DNA of 58,448 nucleotides, counting the filler, from Sphacelaria rigidula (taxonomy: Eukaryota), in assembly GCA_964200075.2 (NCBI GenBank). It is 8 parts of 8 records of this genome, joined end to end, with 100 filler letters (N's around TTAATTAATTAA, not from the genome) between each part and the next. Parts side by side here need not be neighbours in the genome. Positions count along the whole stretch, not along the records: positions 1 to 7,219 come from CAXNAA020015903.1; positions 7,320 to 14,538 come from CAXNAA020015904.1; 6 more parts are not named here. One strand, 5' to 3'. This document shows, one piece after another, positions 1-12,022 of the stretch. Made by a program: the position numbers and the translations under genes. Positions within the stretch are counted from its first letter, which is position 1. Each line of letters begins with the position of its first letter. The notes below the pieces were generated by a model that made no database searches, was not told the DNA's origin, and saw only the letters and a program-made list of their open reading frames with translations.

Positions 1-607
1 TGATGACTATGGCATGCATGATCATAAGCACCCCCCCCCCCCTCTTCTCGGCTAGCGCTTTATTTTGGGGTTAAAAGTCCTTATCTGCTTTTACTACAGT
101 AATGAATTATGGTTAACGTCTGGGTCGCTTTTTGCTCTCCATTTTTGTCCAAAACCTCCACGCGTGCGACATCTGTGGTGTTGATACGTGCGGCACTGCT
201 GCCACGCGCGTTAGCCGTGGCTTACCACCAGTTACTTCTTACTAGAGTACTGATCCGGATCAGGAGCTAGCTCATTTGGCCACTATTTCCGTATTATTAG
301 GTAACGCTTCGGCTTCTCGGACACTGCCGTCAAGTGGTTTGTACTTTTGTACAGCGGATCTGAGAGTTCTCTTCGAGTAGTTATTTCAGGTAGCTAGCTC
401 ATGAGCTGTCCAACGTGTGCACATTTTTCGTCCCCATTTCTTCCACGCGTGTTGGGTCGGTAGGCGAATAACTTCCACAAACAGAAGATTTCCCCGGAAG
501 TCTCTGACCTCTGCTCCGAGGTCATCCACTAGTTGCGTGCGGTCAAACACCTTTCATTTATGTTTACACGACTCTTTTGTCCCGATTTAACTATATATGT
601 CCCTTTT

Positions 608-660
608 TGGTGGGGGCCGGGATTCGAACCCGGAATCTTCTGATCATGAAGTGTACGAGC
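608..660 (-). other. tRNA-derived fragment (3' half with T-arm/B-box), probably a SINE head or tRNA pseudogene piece
   Basis: Reverse strand reads ...CTTCATGATCAGAAGATTCCGGGTTCGAATCCCGGCCCCCACCA, a perfect T stem-loop CCGGG-TTCGAAT-CCCGG with a possible CAT anticodon upstream. No matching 5' acceptor or D-arm was found. Confidence 0.5.
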
Positions 661-699
661 CATCTCATGGCGTCGTCCATTTTTTTTTTTCCCTTTACG

Positions 700-920
700 G
701 ACGGAGGAAACCTAACCCAACACTTACCCCGCACGCGGGTTCGTGTGCCGATCACTGATCACCCGGAGGCTCGGCTAGACTGCCTCGCAGCAGTCATGTG
801 GGGCAGGCGCCTCGAGCGTTCGCAAGCTTTGCTCAAGATAGTGTGGGGTTACGCCCACTAAAACCCTCCATCAACTTGGTGCAGTGCACGCGCCGCCATG
901 CTCTGATGAGCTTCGGCCCT
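700..920. repeat. Dispersed repeat family, second copy at about 22922-23140
   Basis: GGAGGAAACCT...GCAGTCATGTGGGG...CAAGCTTTGCTCAAGA...GCTTCGGCCCT is shared between contigs 1 and 4; a T-run precedes both copies, possibly a minus-strand retroposon tail. Confidence 0.75.
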
Positions 921-1519
921 GGGACGGTGTCGCCGATGTGACAAGGTGATTGCTCGACGGACACTTTTGAAAAGTTTTCCTTGCTTTGTGGTGGTTCCCA
1001 CAGTTAGAACATATGTCAGGCTAATTTCAGAGTCTGATGCGGTAGGAGGAAAGAGTAACACGTCTTGAAGGGGGCAAGGTATCCACATAAAGTCTGTCGA
1101 CATTGATCGCTGGGCGCCCGCGTTTTGGCGTATTAACCCTTTCGGGAGCGGATGCGCACTAACGAGGGGCGAGGACCCAGTCTGCACGCCGGGTGCATTT
1201 GTGATTCGGAATCATTCCTAGTCGTTTTCAAGTGAAAATGATGTCGATGCTTAATAGGCCCTCACCCCCGTTTGTCCACTCCTGCCCCAAAGGGGTCAAT
1301 AGATATTTTTGCCGATATCGCATACTGTATCTTGCCGAAAGCCGAAGCGCCCGTCATCTGGCATGTGTAACCGCTGACTACGTCCGGTGTGTCATACTCC
1401 ACACATGATCTTGGGGGGTGGTAAATAGTGTGAGGGTGGGTGAAACTGGACGCCTGACGCTGCGCCAGCCCCTCTTCATCTTGCGCTGTGCGCGCAAACC
1501 CCGCACTGGCAATCACGGT

Positions 1520-2435
1520 ATGAAGCGTCTCAACCCGTGCGGTGGCACTATACTACTAGAAGTAAGCCTGTGCCTGCTCGGAAGTTTAGGTAATGCATTC
1601 ATCTTCCCAGCAGCAACAGTATCGTCCAAAAATGGAGCAGTGGGCCATTTGAAGATGTCCTGGAGCGCCGACGAGCGAGTCGAGATGCTGAGGAACTTGG
1701 TGGAGTGGCAGGAGAAGGACAAGGAAATTGAGGCAGCTGGTATCAAGATCCTGACAGAGACCTCTGCTCCTGGAGGTCGGTAGTTGTACTTCATCGGGGT
1801 GGATGGCACTACCCAACTGTATTTCTGTCGTTGATCATGCGGTATCTTGAAATCTGGTGACGTTTGCAGATTGAAGAACACACGACCTGACAGCACAGAG
1901 CAATTGGGGGATGGTCGCTCGGTGCATACCGAGGCCGGCAGATAGTGGATTGCAAGGAGCTGTTTGATGCAGCCTGGATGACACCTGCGCAGATTGGATG
2001 CCCGCATGGCTTCGTGCTGGTTGTTGGATGCATGGTTGTCCAAATGTAAGCGGGTACGATGGTACAAACATTATACTTGAACTGTGTGCTGAACTGTGGT
2101 CTCGGCGGCGTTTGTAGCGATCATGTTTCCAATTGAAAATGTCGGAATTCTAGTGACTGATCGCCTACCCCTTTGCTCTCGCACATCCGTTGACATTTGG
2201 AGCAGTGCTGGCGCGGTATTACGAATCTTTGGCGGCTGGAAGCGATCAGCAGATGGTCCTGGTACGTCTTACTCTAGAGTACTTTAGGCGTTGCCATGGG
2301 AATGATCGAAAATCTTTAAGGGTGCTTCCAATGCCCTCTAGCTGCATTCTTGTGTCGACCGATCCTCTCCCTAGGTTGTACAGCGGACGCAAGAACAATT
2401 CTGAGGCACTTCTTGAGCTTTGGAAGTATAGCGAG
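1520..2435 (+). CDS. Putative multi-exon gene fragment for a plastid-targeted protein of unknown function (possible exons 1520-1779, 1899-2045, 2206-2261, 2375-2435)
   Basis: N-terminus MKRLNPCGGTILLEVSLCLLGSLGNA|FIFPAATVSS resembles a signal peptide plus ASAFAP-type cleavage and transit peptide. GT-AG pairs (CAAAT|GTAAG, CCTG|GTACGT, CCCTAG|, GAG|GTAAGG) splice into one open frame. No recognisable domain. Confidence 0.35.
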
Positions 2436-2625
2436 GTAAGGCCTCTAGAGTCGAAGTCTGTGCCAGGCGAAAGCTCTGGTTAAGGACTTGGTAACACAGA
2501 TACCTGTGTTTGTTACTTTTGCTTCTGCCTCCGAAGTGCATCTCTACGTGAATATCAACAGTAAAATAACGACTGCAACACTCTCCTTGACACCACCACC
2601 GCAGTACTGTTCCGTACGAGTAGTG

Positions 2626-3129
2626 CACAGGCACCGTAGGTAGGTACCCGGTACCGGTATTTGGGACATCTCATACCCTACCGATATCGGTCCAATCGGG
2701 TATTTTCAAACGTCATACCTATGATCCCCACGATACCACGATATTTCGACAAGTCAATACCTACGGTACCCGCTCGATCGGGTATTTTCAAAACTCCTAC
2801 CCACGATACCCACCATACTACGGTATCTCATGATTCAATACCTACCGCACCCGCGCATTCGGGTATTTTCAAATGTCATACGCACGATACCTATGGTACC
2901 ACAGTATTTCGATATTTCAATACCTACCGTACCCAGTCAGGTATTTTCAAAACTCGTACCTGCGATACCTACGATACCCCGGTATTTTGAGATTTCAATA
3001 TCTACTGTACCGGCTCAATCGGGTATTTTCAAACCTTATACCTACGATACCGACGCATACCACGGTATGCGATACACTGGTGAATACCGGGGGTACGCTC
3101 GATACGGTACCTTACCTACGGCTCCCGTG
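2626..3129. mobile_element. hAT-like MITE, family A, with internal ~80-bp degenerate tandem repeats
   Basis: Imperfect TIRs CACAGGCACCGTAGGTAGGTACC / revcomp CACGGGAGCCGTAGGTAAGGTACC; 8-bp TSD GAGTAGTG / GAGTAGTA; internal repeats with GGTATTTTCAAA and TACCTAC motifs; same left end recurs inverted at 29277-29338. Confidence 0.8.
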
Positions 3130-3874
3130 GAGTAGTATAATATGACTGCACGCCTGAGTATATTTTCGAACGACACCTGGCACGTGCTGTAAATCGTCAC
3201 AGTCGATGGTCGTTTACAAGACCGACCTCTACGAGCGGTCGCCGGTAGATGTTCGGTGCACGACTCTTAGTTTGTCGACCTCACAATCGACACGCACTTG
3301 AAGCTGGGTCGGCCCCAGGTCACCCGTTGTGTTGTACGAGCTGGGCCGGCTAAGGCTCTGTCGCCAAAGGTCACCGGCCATGCGAGGAGTAATCCCTCGG
3401 ATTTCGGGGTGCAATCTTGACACGAGAGAAACAACACATGGACCTACCCTATAGCCGGGATCAGGTGAGTCTCTTTTTTTACCCAAACTTTGGGCGATCC
3501 ATTTTTGGTTCCTTTTTTCTCTTTTGGTAAGTGAAGGAACGAAAAACTTGGCTGATCGCAGGGATAGGGTAGGCCTACGTATGTTTGGATTCTTTGGTGT
3601 CGAACGCTCACCCCGAAATTCGAGGCCATGCGACGCGCATCGTCGTATTTGCGTTATCACGACGGCCACACGCCGCGGTGTTATGATGGAGAACGCGTGG
3701 GTTCAATTCCCGCCAGTTGCATTTTTCCCCTCTGAAACAGCGTATAATATCCATCGTCGAAAGCATAAGTAGGTGAGGAGAGATGTGTTGATCCCCTTAG
3801 ACCACGTACTCGCCCCGAGGACGGTAAGAGGTTTAGAGTGTGACGAAGATAAGGTTGCGATAATGCACTAGATT

Positions 3875-4465
3875 AAGAACGGTACGCACCGAAATATTCG
3901 CCAGGAGGAGAGTGCCAGCGATTCTTCGGCGAGTTATCACTTTGGTGGGACGATTAAATATCTCGACCTATGCGGAGCGTGAGGATACCCACTGCGTCGG
4001 CGACATCCGCATGCACGAGTCCCACGAGGTGCGTTTTATTTTCTGTACTACACGCGGCAAGCACTCCGTGGACTGCCACGCCTCCCTTCGGAACAGTATT
4101 ATTGCGGGACATTTCTGGTGCCGAACCCGGAGCAGCATACTTTCGGGAGTTGCAAACAGAAATAGTACATCGCAGAGGATCGTTGCGGCGATTTTGCCGC
4201 GTCCGACAGCTCTGATGGGATGATGAAGTCCCCACATAAATTTTGTTCCGAAAAGAGGAGCGGCAGCCACGTGGGTGCTACGCGCAGTGCAGGAAGTAAA
4301 GCGCACTTGGTGGGAGTATGGGACTCGTGCATGCGGATGCCGCCGACCCAGTGGGTCATCTCACGCTGCGCAGACGTCACGATATTTCATCGTTCCCAAG
4401 TTACTATGCGTGGAAGAATCGCCGGTACTTTCCACCTGGCGAATGTTTTGAGACGTGCTGTACTT
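3875..4465. mobile_element. Foldback element with ~225-bp imperfect inverted arms
   Basis: The arm at about 3875-4100 (ATTCGCCAGG...GCATGCACGAGTCCCA...TTCGGAACA) is the reverse complement of about 4240-4465 (TGTTCCGAA...TGGGACTCGTGCATGC...CCTGGCGAAT). Confidence 0.75.
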
Positions 4466-5201
4466 GGCGTAGCATGTTTTCGGCAAACCACTTTTTTTTT
4501 GTCACACTCTAAACCTCTTTCCGTCCCCGGGACGAATCCGTTCTATCAAGGGATCAGCTCATCTCTCCTCCCATCCTCATGCCTTCGACGGCAGCATTCA
4601 TCTTTTTTGAAGAAAAAAACGCAGCTACCGAGAGTCGAACCCACGTTCTCTTCACCCTACTGGTGACAAAATAAACATTTGAATCGCCCTGTGCTTAACC
4701 CAGTATATTTTCGGCACACGACATGTTACTTTGCACGAACACTCTCAACTACATTGAGAGCTGTCGGGGCACACGCATGGCGATCTCTCAATCACGGGGA
4801 TATATCTACTTGGTGATATGTCGTTTCGGTTCTTGAGATGTGTTCGGTGGAATTTTTTTCAGGCTTTTGGTGGGCTCAGCTCGTACACGTAGTCATGTGC
4901 TTATCGTAACCGCGGGAGGTGCCTCCTGCTGTCTCTTAATAAGTTTCGCACGTACATGTAACAGTTATGTGTAGTGCAGTCGTAGAGGGAACTTTCGTCG
5001 TCTCACTGTAGGTCTGAACCACAGATCTGACACATCTCGAGTCGAGCAACGACAGAGACCTGTGTACGTTCGCCTCGAGACCCTCTTCTCAGATCCATTT
5101 TTTTCCCGACGTAGACATGATGTTTATCAACACCGAACTTTATCCTATTTTGCTGTTTCACTCATGTGTTCTGTGTTGTTTGAGTTTCGGGTATGCACAT
5201 C

Positions 5202-5280
5202 GCGCCCTGGTGGTCTAGTGGTCCGACCATCACCAACATGTCGGAGAGAACGTGGGTTCCAATCCAGCGATATGCGTTGG
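5202..5280 (+). mobile_element. tRNA-derived SINE-like head (pol III A/B boxes)
   Basis: TGGTCTAGTGG (A box) and GGGTTCCAATCC (B box) at tRNA-like spacing without a full cloverleaf; similar GAGAAC(GC)GTGGGTTC B-box segments at ~3690-3710 (+) and ~4625-4650 (-). Confidence 0.45.
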
Positions 5281-7219
5281 ACTTTTTTTCGCAGTATCTG
5301 ATCTTCACGATCGAAAGCGGGAGTACATGAGTAGAACAAAAATTGTTGACCGAGTCTGTTCGACGAGAGTTGACGCTGTGCGGGATTGCCGCCCCAATTC
5401 ATCAGACCAAAATGCAAGGCGTATATCGGGGAGAGATGGCTTGATCTCCCGAGACCGCGGACTCGTTTCGCGGAACGAGAGTGATTGAAAAGAGTGACAT
5501 GTATATATATATACCTATATCTTGTGCTGCGTTTGTGTTTTTTCATGAGTCAGGATGTCTCGACTGATGTCGGAGTATATTTTTCGTTGATTTTACTTCT
5601 GGTTCCTTCCACGTCTGTACTGCAATTATTGTACTGCATAAGATGTTTTATGCGTAGAGGAAATGAAGTGGGCGCTTGAGGTGATAGTTCGGTATCAGGC
5701 GTTCTTCATGTAAAATACGCAAAAGTAGCGCTCGAGTGTGTTTGTTGCTTTCCCAAGACATTCCTTTTGAAGAGTCCTTCCCAGATCTCATTTCCGAGGC
5801 TGCGCATCATCGGAGGGTAGCAAATAGTATGGATCATGTACATGTCGTGGAACGACACTGTAGGAGTATTTAGCTCTACTGGGGTCTCGTTCGTCGTTTG
5901 GGCAAGGATTCAGCAGCGATGCGTAAGAGGTCGGGCGGTGTTTCTATGCTCATATACTGTGCCGACCATATTTTAAATAATGCCCGGCACGCTTTTAGGC
6001 CGAACCGGCTTCGTATCGTGTCATGCATCTTTGAGGCCGCTCGCTCTTTGATACCGTTTTTTCTGCTGACACTACCCGGTCTTACAAGGCGCCATCGACT
6101 GTATCCCACCGTACCTCCATAAACAAGAAAGTCAAATGGCGTCTCTCAACTGTGACTTCCTCCCACCAGCTGTTTGCCACACGACGTAATTTCTGCTCTA
6201 GCTTTGTTTCAATACACTGCACACGGAATCATGGCTCAGCATGTATGAAAAACAAATGCTCAGACAGCGAGCGTCGGCTCGGAACAGTTTCACTGGTTGA
6301 CAGTCGAGGGACATCCGAGGTTTTTCAGGGGGCGACAGGGGGTGTAGGCCTGGTTGCAGGACAGCTCAAACGCTCACCAAATCAACCATGTGTTTATGGA
6401 AGTTTCCCAAAGAAAATTACAAGCTAAGAAGGAGACCCGAGAGAAGTGGAGTGACCATTCTGACCAATCAGGCGGGGTCTTATCGCTTTCCACAAAATCA
6501 CTTTTGGAGAAGTGATTGCCCCCACAACGACCAGTGCTGCGTCTTATCGACGAGCAGTTGTCCAGATCGAAGCCCAATCTGCACACAGGTGGAAAATGCC
6601 GCGCTTCTGGAAGTGGCCGTTAGTCCAACATCTCTGTACTGCTGCGGACAAGACGCAACGAGGTAGCATAGCGCCGACACACCGAGCCACGAAAACCGAC
6701 GCATAGACACCCACCACTCATGCGCATTAGCTCAAGCGGTAGCTGTTCATCATCTACACACGACAGCCTTTGCTTGACGGAAATGTGTCCGGTATTGGAT
6801 GAGAGGCGGCCGCGTGCGTGTCTAATAGCAACCGAAAACGTGCTGTTGCTGACTGTTTTTGAGCGTGTGCTATGCGCGCCTCACGCAAATCATCATTCCT
6901 CACTGAATTCTGAACCGATTTGAGCAAGGCCACGCACAGCATGCTCAGCTGATGGGCAGCAATGAGTGGAGCGGTGCGTTTTGGGTTGGGGGAGCAATGC
7001 GATCCTCAGATTCACGTTTGATTGTGCTGACCTGTCTGTCGAGACTTCGATTATGCCCCTGTCAACGGGATGTCTTGTGTTCCCGTTCGAGGTGTCACAA
7101 AATCACTTTTGCAAAGTGATTTTTTGGCACTTTTTTATGGGGGGGGGGGGGGGGGGGGGGATGAGACCACCACATTGTCTGTTTTTTTTAAAAGGGGGGT
7201 TTTGTGAAAAAGAAATAAA

Positions 7220-7319
7220 NNNNNNNNNNNNNNNNNNNNNNNNNNNNNNNNNNNNNNNNNNNNTTAATTAATTAANNNNNNNNNNNNNNNNNNNNNNNNN
7301 NNNNNNNNNNNNNNNNNNN
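7220..7319. other. Artificial contig-joining linker (N44-TTAATTAATTAA-N44); identical linkers at 14539-14638, 21858-21957, 29177-29276, 36495-36594, 43813-43912 and 51131-51230
   Basis: Identical 100-bp N/six-frame-stop spacer seen seven times; intervening contigs are 7219, 7219, 7219, 7219, 7218, 7218, 7218 and 7218 bp, consistent with size-sorted concatenation. Confidence 0.98.
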
Positions 7320-8197
7320 AAAGGCGAGCCTACGTCTGTGACCACGGGTTCGCAAGATCGGACTAATGTGCGGAAATAATCATAATAATAACACGTGAAC
7401 ACATACAGCCGGAGGAGCCGTGCTCAAGGTAGGTTACAGCAGCAGGATATGTAGGTGACGCGGTAGAGCGCAGTACAAAAAGAGCCAACCTCATGGGGGT
7501 TTTTGTCGGCTCCACCACGCCAAAGACATACTCATCAAGAGGATGAGCGTATTAAGAGATAAGACTCGAGAAGACGTATATACCTTTTTGTAAGCAAATG
7601 TTGTGATCAAACGTCGACTACTCGTACTTTACGTTCAGTATACCATAGACACATCTTTCCTTATCCATAACATGGAGGCATTGAGGCGGTGTTTTAAAGG
7701 TTAGACGTCAAGATAGTCCGCACGTCGCTTGCGATGACGCCGAAACTTGGAGGATGTGTACACTGGCACTGCAGCAAGGTGTCACAGTCGAGCCGTCGTC
7801 GCACAAAGCGCAGAGCGCCCGGTCTGCATTGAAACGGTGGATACCAGCGATGCTGTATTTATTTATTTTCAGCACTTTCTCTCTACTGACGACTGTACTG
7901 GTTGTGATGTCGGTCGGGCCTTCAGGCTGCAGCGGATCCTGTAGGCCTCATCATTAATCTTCCACACATCGGACGAGTCATTACAGTACTCGTCGAAACG
8001 AGCGCACTCGTGGATATTTTTGAAAACACATCGAGCATGACTCGTGTGCTCGAGTCATAACGTTTTTTACAACAAGCAATGACTCGAGTGCTCGCCCTAC
8101 TAATTTTTTTCCACAACGAACAATGACTCGAGTGCTCCCCCCATCAATTTTTACGGCCAATGAGCAATAACTCGGGTGCTCGTCCTAATAATATTAT

Positions 8198-9251
8198 CCC
8201 TTTTGCATGGGACCGACCCCCCACTAACAAGAAGTTGACCATGTCTTCGTGAAATAGTAAAAAAAAAGTCGGGGAGCGGCCTGACCAATCACGGGGAGGA
8301 GAAATTTTTCGACCAGACCCGAACAACCAGATCGTGGACTGTTGCCGAGTGTGATGTCACTGCAAAGATCGTGTGGGGGGCCTACCCCTGGCCCAGATAA
8401 GCCTTCCCAGGTTTCTTAAGCCAGGGTGCTCGGAGCATGGCTTATGGTATTACTTGCATTCAGTATAGCGTTCCCGGGGTTTCCCAGGAGTTTTTTGGGA
8501 TCGCCAGCCTATACTAAAACGTAGTGATTTATACACTAACACAGGGTGGAGCGGGAAAACCGGGGAGGAGTGTACATGCCACAATGTGGTCATTTTCACA
8601 AGGCACTAAAGCCAGGTGGGCCGTGGGAAGAGAAAAGGAGCTACCGTCATGAATTCTGCCTATCCCTCTGCCGATGACATACAGAACACTGTCAACATGT
8701 ATGTATTGTAGTGGGCGGGGATGAAGAAGTTGTGCATAGGCAGCTGATCTCGGTAGCTGAGAACTGCCCAGAACGTGCAAGGGAGTATGCAGCGGCAGCT
8801 GCTGCTGCAGTCAGGGAGGCGTACTGCACTTACGGTACTATACTGAACTGTGTTGTATGTATGTGCGCCGCAGCGCCCATACTCTTCGAAGATAATGTGC
8901 CGCATGCAACAAGGAGAGAAATGGCGGCCCACCGCGACCACAAAGGGCCATGTGTCAAGGTGATGAGGACAATCATAACATCTAAGGCCACAAGTGGCGG
9001 GCGGCCCGCCTGTCGCCGCATCCTGTTGGAAGCTCTCTCCCGCGACCGATACTGCTTGCTACATCAGATGTACACTACCTAATGTGCACCCTGCACCTGA
9101 AAATAGATGGGATGAAACTTTCGGTCTTCCTCAGTAACCCTGCAGTTACATACGCGGATTTTCAGCAACATACCACTGTGTCTTGCAGACGCCAGGCACG
9201 TCATTCCTAACCAGCCTCATTGGTCGTTCTGGAGGCCCGGTCCCAAAAAGG
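8198..9251 (+). mobile_element. piggyBac-like non-autonomous element, copy 1
   Basis: CCCTTTTG..GGGACC ... GGTCCCAAAAAGG termini; degenerate TTAT/TTGA flanks; colinear and similar along its length to copy 2. Confidence 0.65.
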
Positions 9252-9267
9252 TTGATTTGCTTTTCAA

Positions 9268-9598
9268 CGGGCAATGACTCGAGTGCTCGCACTAGTAATT
9301 TTTTCCACAACGAGCAATGACTCAAGTACTTGCCCTAGTATTTTTTTCCACAACGAGCAATGACTCGAGTGCTCGCCCTATTGATTTATTCCCCAACGAG
9401 CAATGACTCGATTGCTCGCCCTAATAATTTTTTCATGAATGAGTCATGACTCGAGCGCTCGCCCCATTAATTTTTTCCCCAACGAGCAATGACTTGAGTG
9501 CTCTCCTTATTAATGTTTTCCCCAACGAGCGATGACTCGAGTGCTCGCCCCATTAATTTTTCCCCAACGAGCAATGACTCGATTGCTCGCCCTATGAA
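9268..9598 (+). repeat. 42-bp tandem repeat array (~8 units); further units at about 8030-8197 and 10893-11090
   Basis: Head-to-tail unit ACGAGCAATGACTCGAGTGCTCGCCCTATTAATTTTTTCCCCA with no unique spacers. Confidence 0.92.
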
Positions 9599-10892
9599 CC
9601 CTTTTGGGACCGGACCCCCACTAATACAGGGTTGACCCTGTCTTAGTGGAATAATAAAAAATGTGTCTTCGAGCGACCTGCCCAATTACGGCGAGGCGAA
9701 ATTTATCGACCAGACCCGAACGATCAGCGCGGGGATTGTTGTCGAGTGTATTGCCACTGCAAAGATCGTGTGGGGGCCCTATCCCTGGCCCAGATAAGCC
9801 TCTCCAGGTTTCTAAGTGCAGGGTGGTCGCAGCTTGGTTTTATGGTATTACTTGCTCTTAGTATACCGTTCCCGAGTTTTTCCGGAGTGTTTCGTGGGTC
9901 CCAGTTCTGTTCTAAGACGTAGTGATTTATACACTAACACAGGGTGGGCCAGAAAAAAGCGGGAAGAAGTGTACATGCCACCACGTGGTCATTTTTACGA
10001 GGCACAAAATCCAGGTGGGCAGTGGAAAGACAAAAGGAGCTACCGTAATGAATTCTACGTATCCCTCTGTGGATGACTTGCAGTGTGCAGTCCACATGCA
10101 TGTTGTGGGCGGGGATGACTGTATATAGGCAGCTGATTTCGGTAGCTGAGAATTGGGCAATTCTACGGTAGGGGTGCACTTTTTGAGCGAAAATGTTTCT
10201 CGGGGTATTGCAAGCATCATTTTGAGAATCGGCATCACTTTTACTTGAAAAATACTGAAAATGATGCCGATTCACGAAAAGACCCCTGTGTGCATCTCCA
10301 TGTCCTGTCCCCAGAGATTTGGGTTGCACAGTAAGCCCCATATATTTGGGCTCCTACAAAAAGGAGACCCAGAAACAAAAAGTGCAACCCCTATCGTAGC
10401 ATTGGGGCACCCAGAACGTGCAAGGGAGTATGCAGCGGCAGCTGCTGCTTCAGTCGGAGAGGCATGCTAGACTGTACTGTCTGTACTATACGGTACTGCT
10501 GTATGCATGCGCGCCGCAACGCTAATACCGTTGGAAGAGAATTTACTGCATGCAACAAGGTGGGAAATGGCGACCCGCCCCGACCACAAAGGGCTGTGGG
10601 GCAAGGTGATGGGGACACAAGTATCATGCAAAGCCACAAGTGGCGGGTGCCCCGCCGGTCGTCGCATCCTGTTGAAAGCTCTTTGCCACGACCCATACTG
10701 CTTGCTACATCAGATGTACACCACCTAATGCGTACCCTGCACCTGAAAATAGATTGGAACTCTCGATCTTTGTCATAACCCTGCGGTTACATACGCGGGT
10801 TTTCAGCAACACGCCACTGTTTTGTGCAGACGCCAGACACGTCATTCCTGACCAGCCTCATTGGTCGTTCTGGAGGCCCAGTCCCAAAAGGG
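9599..10892 (+). mobile_element. piggyBac-like non-autonomous element, copy 2
   Basis: TIRs CCCTTTTGGGAC / GTCCCAAAAGGG; flanks TGAA / TTAA; removing it restores one 42-bp repeat unit. Confidence 0.75.
10158..10404. mobile_element. Small TIR element nested in piggyBac-like copy 2
   Basis: Absent from copy 1 at the homologous site; ~28-bp TIRs CAATTCTACGGTAGGGGTGCACTTTTTG / revcomp CAATGCTACGATAGGGGTTGCACTTTTTG; flanked by GGG on both sides. Confidence 0.75.
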
Positions 10893-11800
10893 TTAATTTT
10901 TTCCCCAACGAGCAATGACTGGAGTGCTCGCCCTAGTAATGTTTTCCCCAACAAGCAGTGACTGGAGTGCTCGCCCCATTAATTTGTTCCCCCACAAGCA
11001 ATGACCCGTGTGCTCGCCCTATTAATGTTTTCCCCGACGAGCAATGCCTCGAGTGCTCGCTCTATTAATTTTTGCGGCCAACGAGCAGTCCAACGAGTGC
11101 GAGTGCCACGAGTCACACTCGTGCTCGTCCGACGTACGCAATCTTCGTCCAGTTAGGGATGAATGACAGCAGAAACCCAGCAAACAAGCATCGTTTAGGC
11201 TCCGTTATATATCTGAGAGTTGTGGACTGAACATCCCCGGTCCAAGTCGCTCGACATATGAAGATTTAACTTCTGTCGCGCGAACACTGCGCTCTGCCAC
11301 GGACCCTTGCCGGCGTACCCGCCAAAAAGGCAACGTCCCCGTACAGACAAAAGAAATGCGCACCCTGGACAGAACAATATGTTTTCAATATCTACTAGTC
11401 GATTATATTGGAATTTTGTGATATGTTGTTGGCGAAAAATGTATTGTTACCCTTGGACTGCACACGTATTGCGCGCCCGATATATATATTGATGTCGTTG
11501 AACTGCATACATATTGCCCGCTCAATATATAGTGACACCGTGGCATTACACACATATTGCACGACTGATATATGTTGGGGTCTTATTGGTGAGAACGTAT
11601 TGGCCGGTCAAAATGTCTTGGGGCCGCGTGGGCGCCAATGTATGGGCCGGTCAATATATGTTGGATATCATAATTATGGTGTACTCCTTGAGAATTATCC
11701 AGACGCGATGGATGCCGGAGCCCGTGCAGATTGGAAACAGTTTTCAAGGAAGCCGCAGAAGTTCGCGTGCATTGCTACGAAGAGTTGCCAAATACGTTTG

Positions 11801-11833
<33 letters not shown>

Positions 11834-12022
11834 GAAAAACATGATGACAGAAGAGGCGACCCGGTATGTATCACTTCTGATACCTCTCTGGCCACCAGTG
11901 CGGTGCCGCCCACCCCCTTCACGGCACGTATGTAATATATCTTGGCTCAACATTAATACGGCAGAAAACTCGAGTCGATATGCGCATTTTGGTACCCGTC
12001 TGGTCACCAGTGCTGTGTTGCT

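Larger units (their letters stand above)
7963..11138. mobile_element. hAT-like MITE, family B, built on a 42-bp tandem repeat and carrying nested insertions
   Basis: TIRs CACACATCGGACGAG / revcomp CGTACGTCGGACGAG; 8-bp TSD TAATCTTC / CAATCTTC; right end recurs at about 50044-50134. Confidence 0.75.

Noticed and set aside
608..680. Functional tRNA-Met gene or LTR primer-binding site
   Set aside because: Only the 3' half folds, and no LTR end (CA) directly precedes the TGG.
900..940. CTGATGAG as a hammerhead ribozyme core
   Set aside because: No GAAA after a stem II, and the motif is not conserved in the second copy (CTTAAAAG at ~23125).
1870..2045. In-frame TGA at about 1888 as selenocysteine or readthrough
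   Set aside because: An alternative acceptor at 1898 bypasses it, and there is no redox motif or identifiable SECIS.
8711..10778. ORFs with REYAAAAAA in the duplicated units as genes
   Set aside because: The two copies are frameshifted relative to each other and lie inside non-autonomous TIR elements; no domain recognised.
8030..11090. 42-bp palindromic repeat as a CRISPR array
   Set aside because: Units are head-to-tail with no unique spacers, there are no cas genes, the context is eukaryotic and the array lies within TIRs and a TSD.
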